A DNA stretch of 64,000 nucleotides, from NCBI GenBank assembly GCA_965198005.1, contig CBDAOI010000004.1, positions 128,001 through 192,000 of the forward strand. The letters run 5' to 3'. The translations under genes and the position numbers were made by a program. Below the pieces are notes generated by a model. The model was not told where the DNA came from. It was given only the letters and a program-made list of their open reading frames with translations, and did not search any database. The DNA comes from Spirochaetia bacterium. GTDB taxonomy: Bacteria > Spirochaetota > Spirochaetia > SZUA-6 > Bin103. Below, piece by piece: positions 63,309-64,000 of the stretch; within the stretch, counting starts at the first letter, position 1, and each line of letters starts with the position of its first letter.

Positions 63309-64000
63309 ATGAATATTACAAAAACGGGAATGACCTTCGCGATTGCGTTGGTCCTGGTCATGACCACAACCGGCCTGTGGGCCACTGGCGCGGAAGAGAC
63401 GCCGGCAGCCGCGGCCGACAAGCAGTACGTCACCGACCCCACAACCGGCAAGGTGGTGACTGCGCCGGAGTACGGCGGGACAATAACCTACGTCATGAAA
63501 GAAGAGCCTTCGCATGTCGACGCTCCGTTAGATTTGCACGGCCAAGCGATCGCCAAGCTGGTTGTAGAGTGGCTAGCCCTCCCCGACTGGGCAGCGCCCA
63601 GGGACGAATTGGACTTCGTGAACTGGGATCCTCCAAACTACACGAGGGGGTCTCTGGCGGAAAGCTGGGAAATGCCCGACGACACAACGATTGTCTTCAA
63701 CATCCGCAAGGGCGTTTACTGGCATGATAAGGCACCGATGAACGGTCGGGAGCTGACTGCCGATGATGTCGAATATAACTGGCACCGTGTGACGGGTACG
63801 GGCAGCGGCTACACCGAAATGAGCGAATTTGCTTGGTCTTTGAGGGCTTTGTCATTCGAATCGATAACGGCCACTGACAAATATACGGTTGTTTTCAAGC
63901 TGAAGGAGCCAAATCTCGTGACGCTGGGTGCTATCATGTCCGAGGGCATTACCCTTATATACCCCCCCGAGGTAATCAAGGAACACGGGGGCGTTACGGA
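63309..64000 (+). CDS. ABC transporter family-5 solute-binding protein, 5' part, runs off the window
   Basis: Manual translation from ATG 63309: MNITKTGMTFAIALVLVMTTTGLWATGAEE...PEYGGTI...LAESWE. Confidence 0.9.
   Translation, partial: MNITKTGMTFAIALVLVMTTTGLWATGAEETPAAAADKQYVTDPTTGKVVTAPEYGGTITYVMKEEPSHVDAPLDLHGQAIAKLVVEWLALPDWAAPRDELDFVNWDPPNYTRGSLAESWEMPDDTTIVFNIRKGVYWHDKAPMNGRELTADDVEYNWHRVTGTGSGYTEMSEFAWSLRALSFESITATDKYTVVFKLKEPNLVTLGAIMSEGITLIYPPEVIKEHGGVT

Overview
GC-rich bacterial accessory region, probably from a Spirochaetota-like organism (inferred only from the 'TGLWA-G-EE' N-termini of the binding proteins). It is built from about 10 tandem, co-oriented Dpp/Opp-type ABC importer modules (family-5 solute-binding protein, DppB-like and DppC-like permeases; no ATPase subunit in the window). 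Many modules are broken by frameshifts and internal deletions. Between them lie about 11 toxin-antitoxin-like units (AbiE-like, ParDE x2, DUF433/DUF5615, HEPN/MNT, a fused MNT-HEPN, Phd/VapC, MazEF), several copies of an AAA-ATPase/nuclease gene, and IS1634, IS110 and ISNCY-like transposases. The most unusual signals are: (1) three complete 1,916-nt group II introns plus one inverted partial copy, whose ends, fixed by an empty site in the same window, are non-canonical (GAGCG...CC) and which sit at the centre of an ~80-nt hairpin inside a ~340-bp tandem repeat; (2) a conserved 5' leader before several binding-protein genes, consisting of a strong RBS, a tiny MILKEP peptide and a structured RNA with alternative pairings, plus a second leader class; (3) length-variable poly-C tracts upstream of the binding-protein genes. 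All assignments come from visual motif recognition; no searches or folding programs were run.
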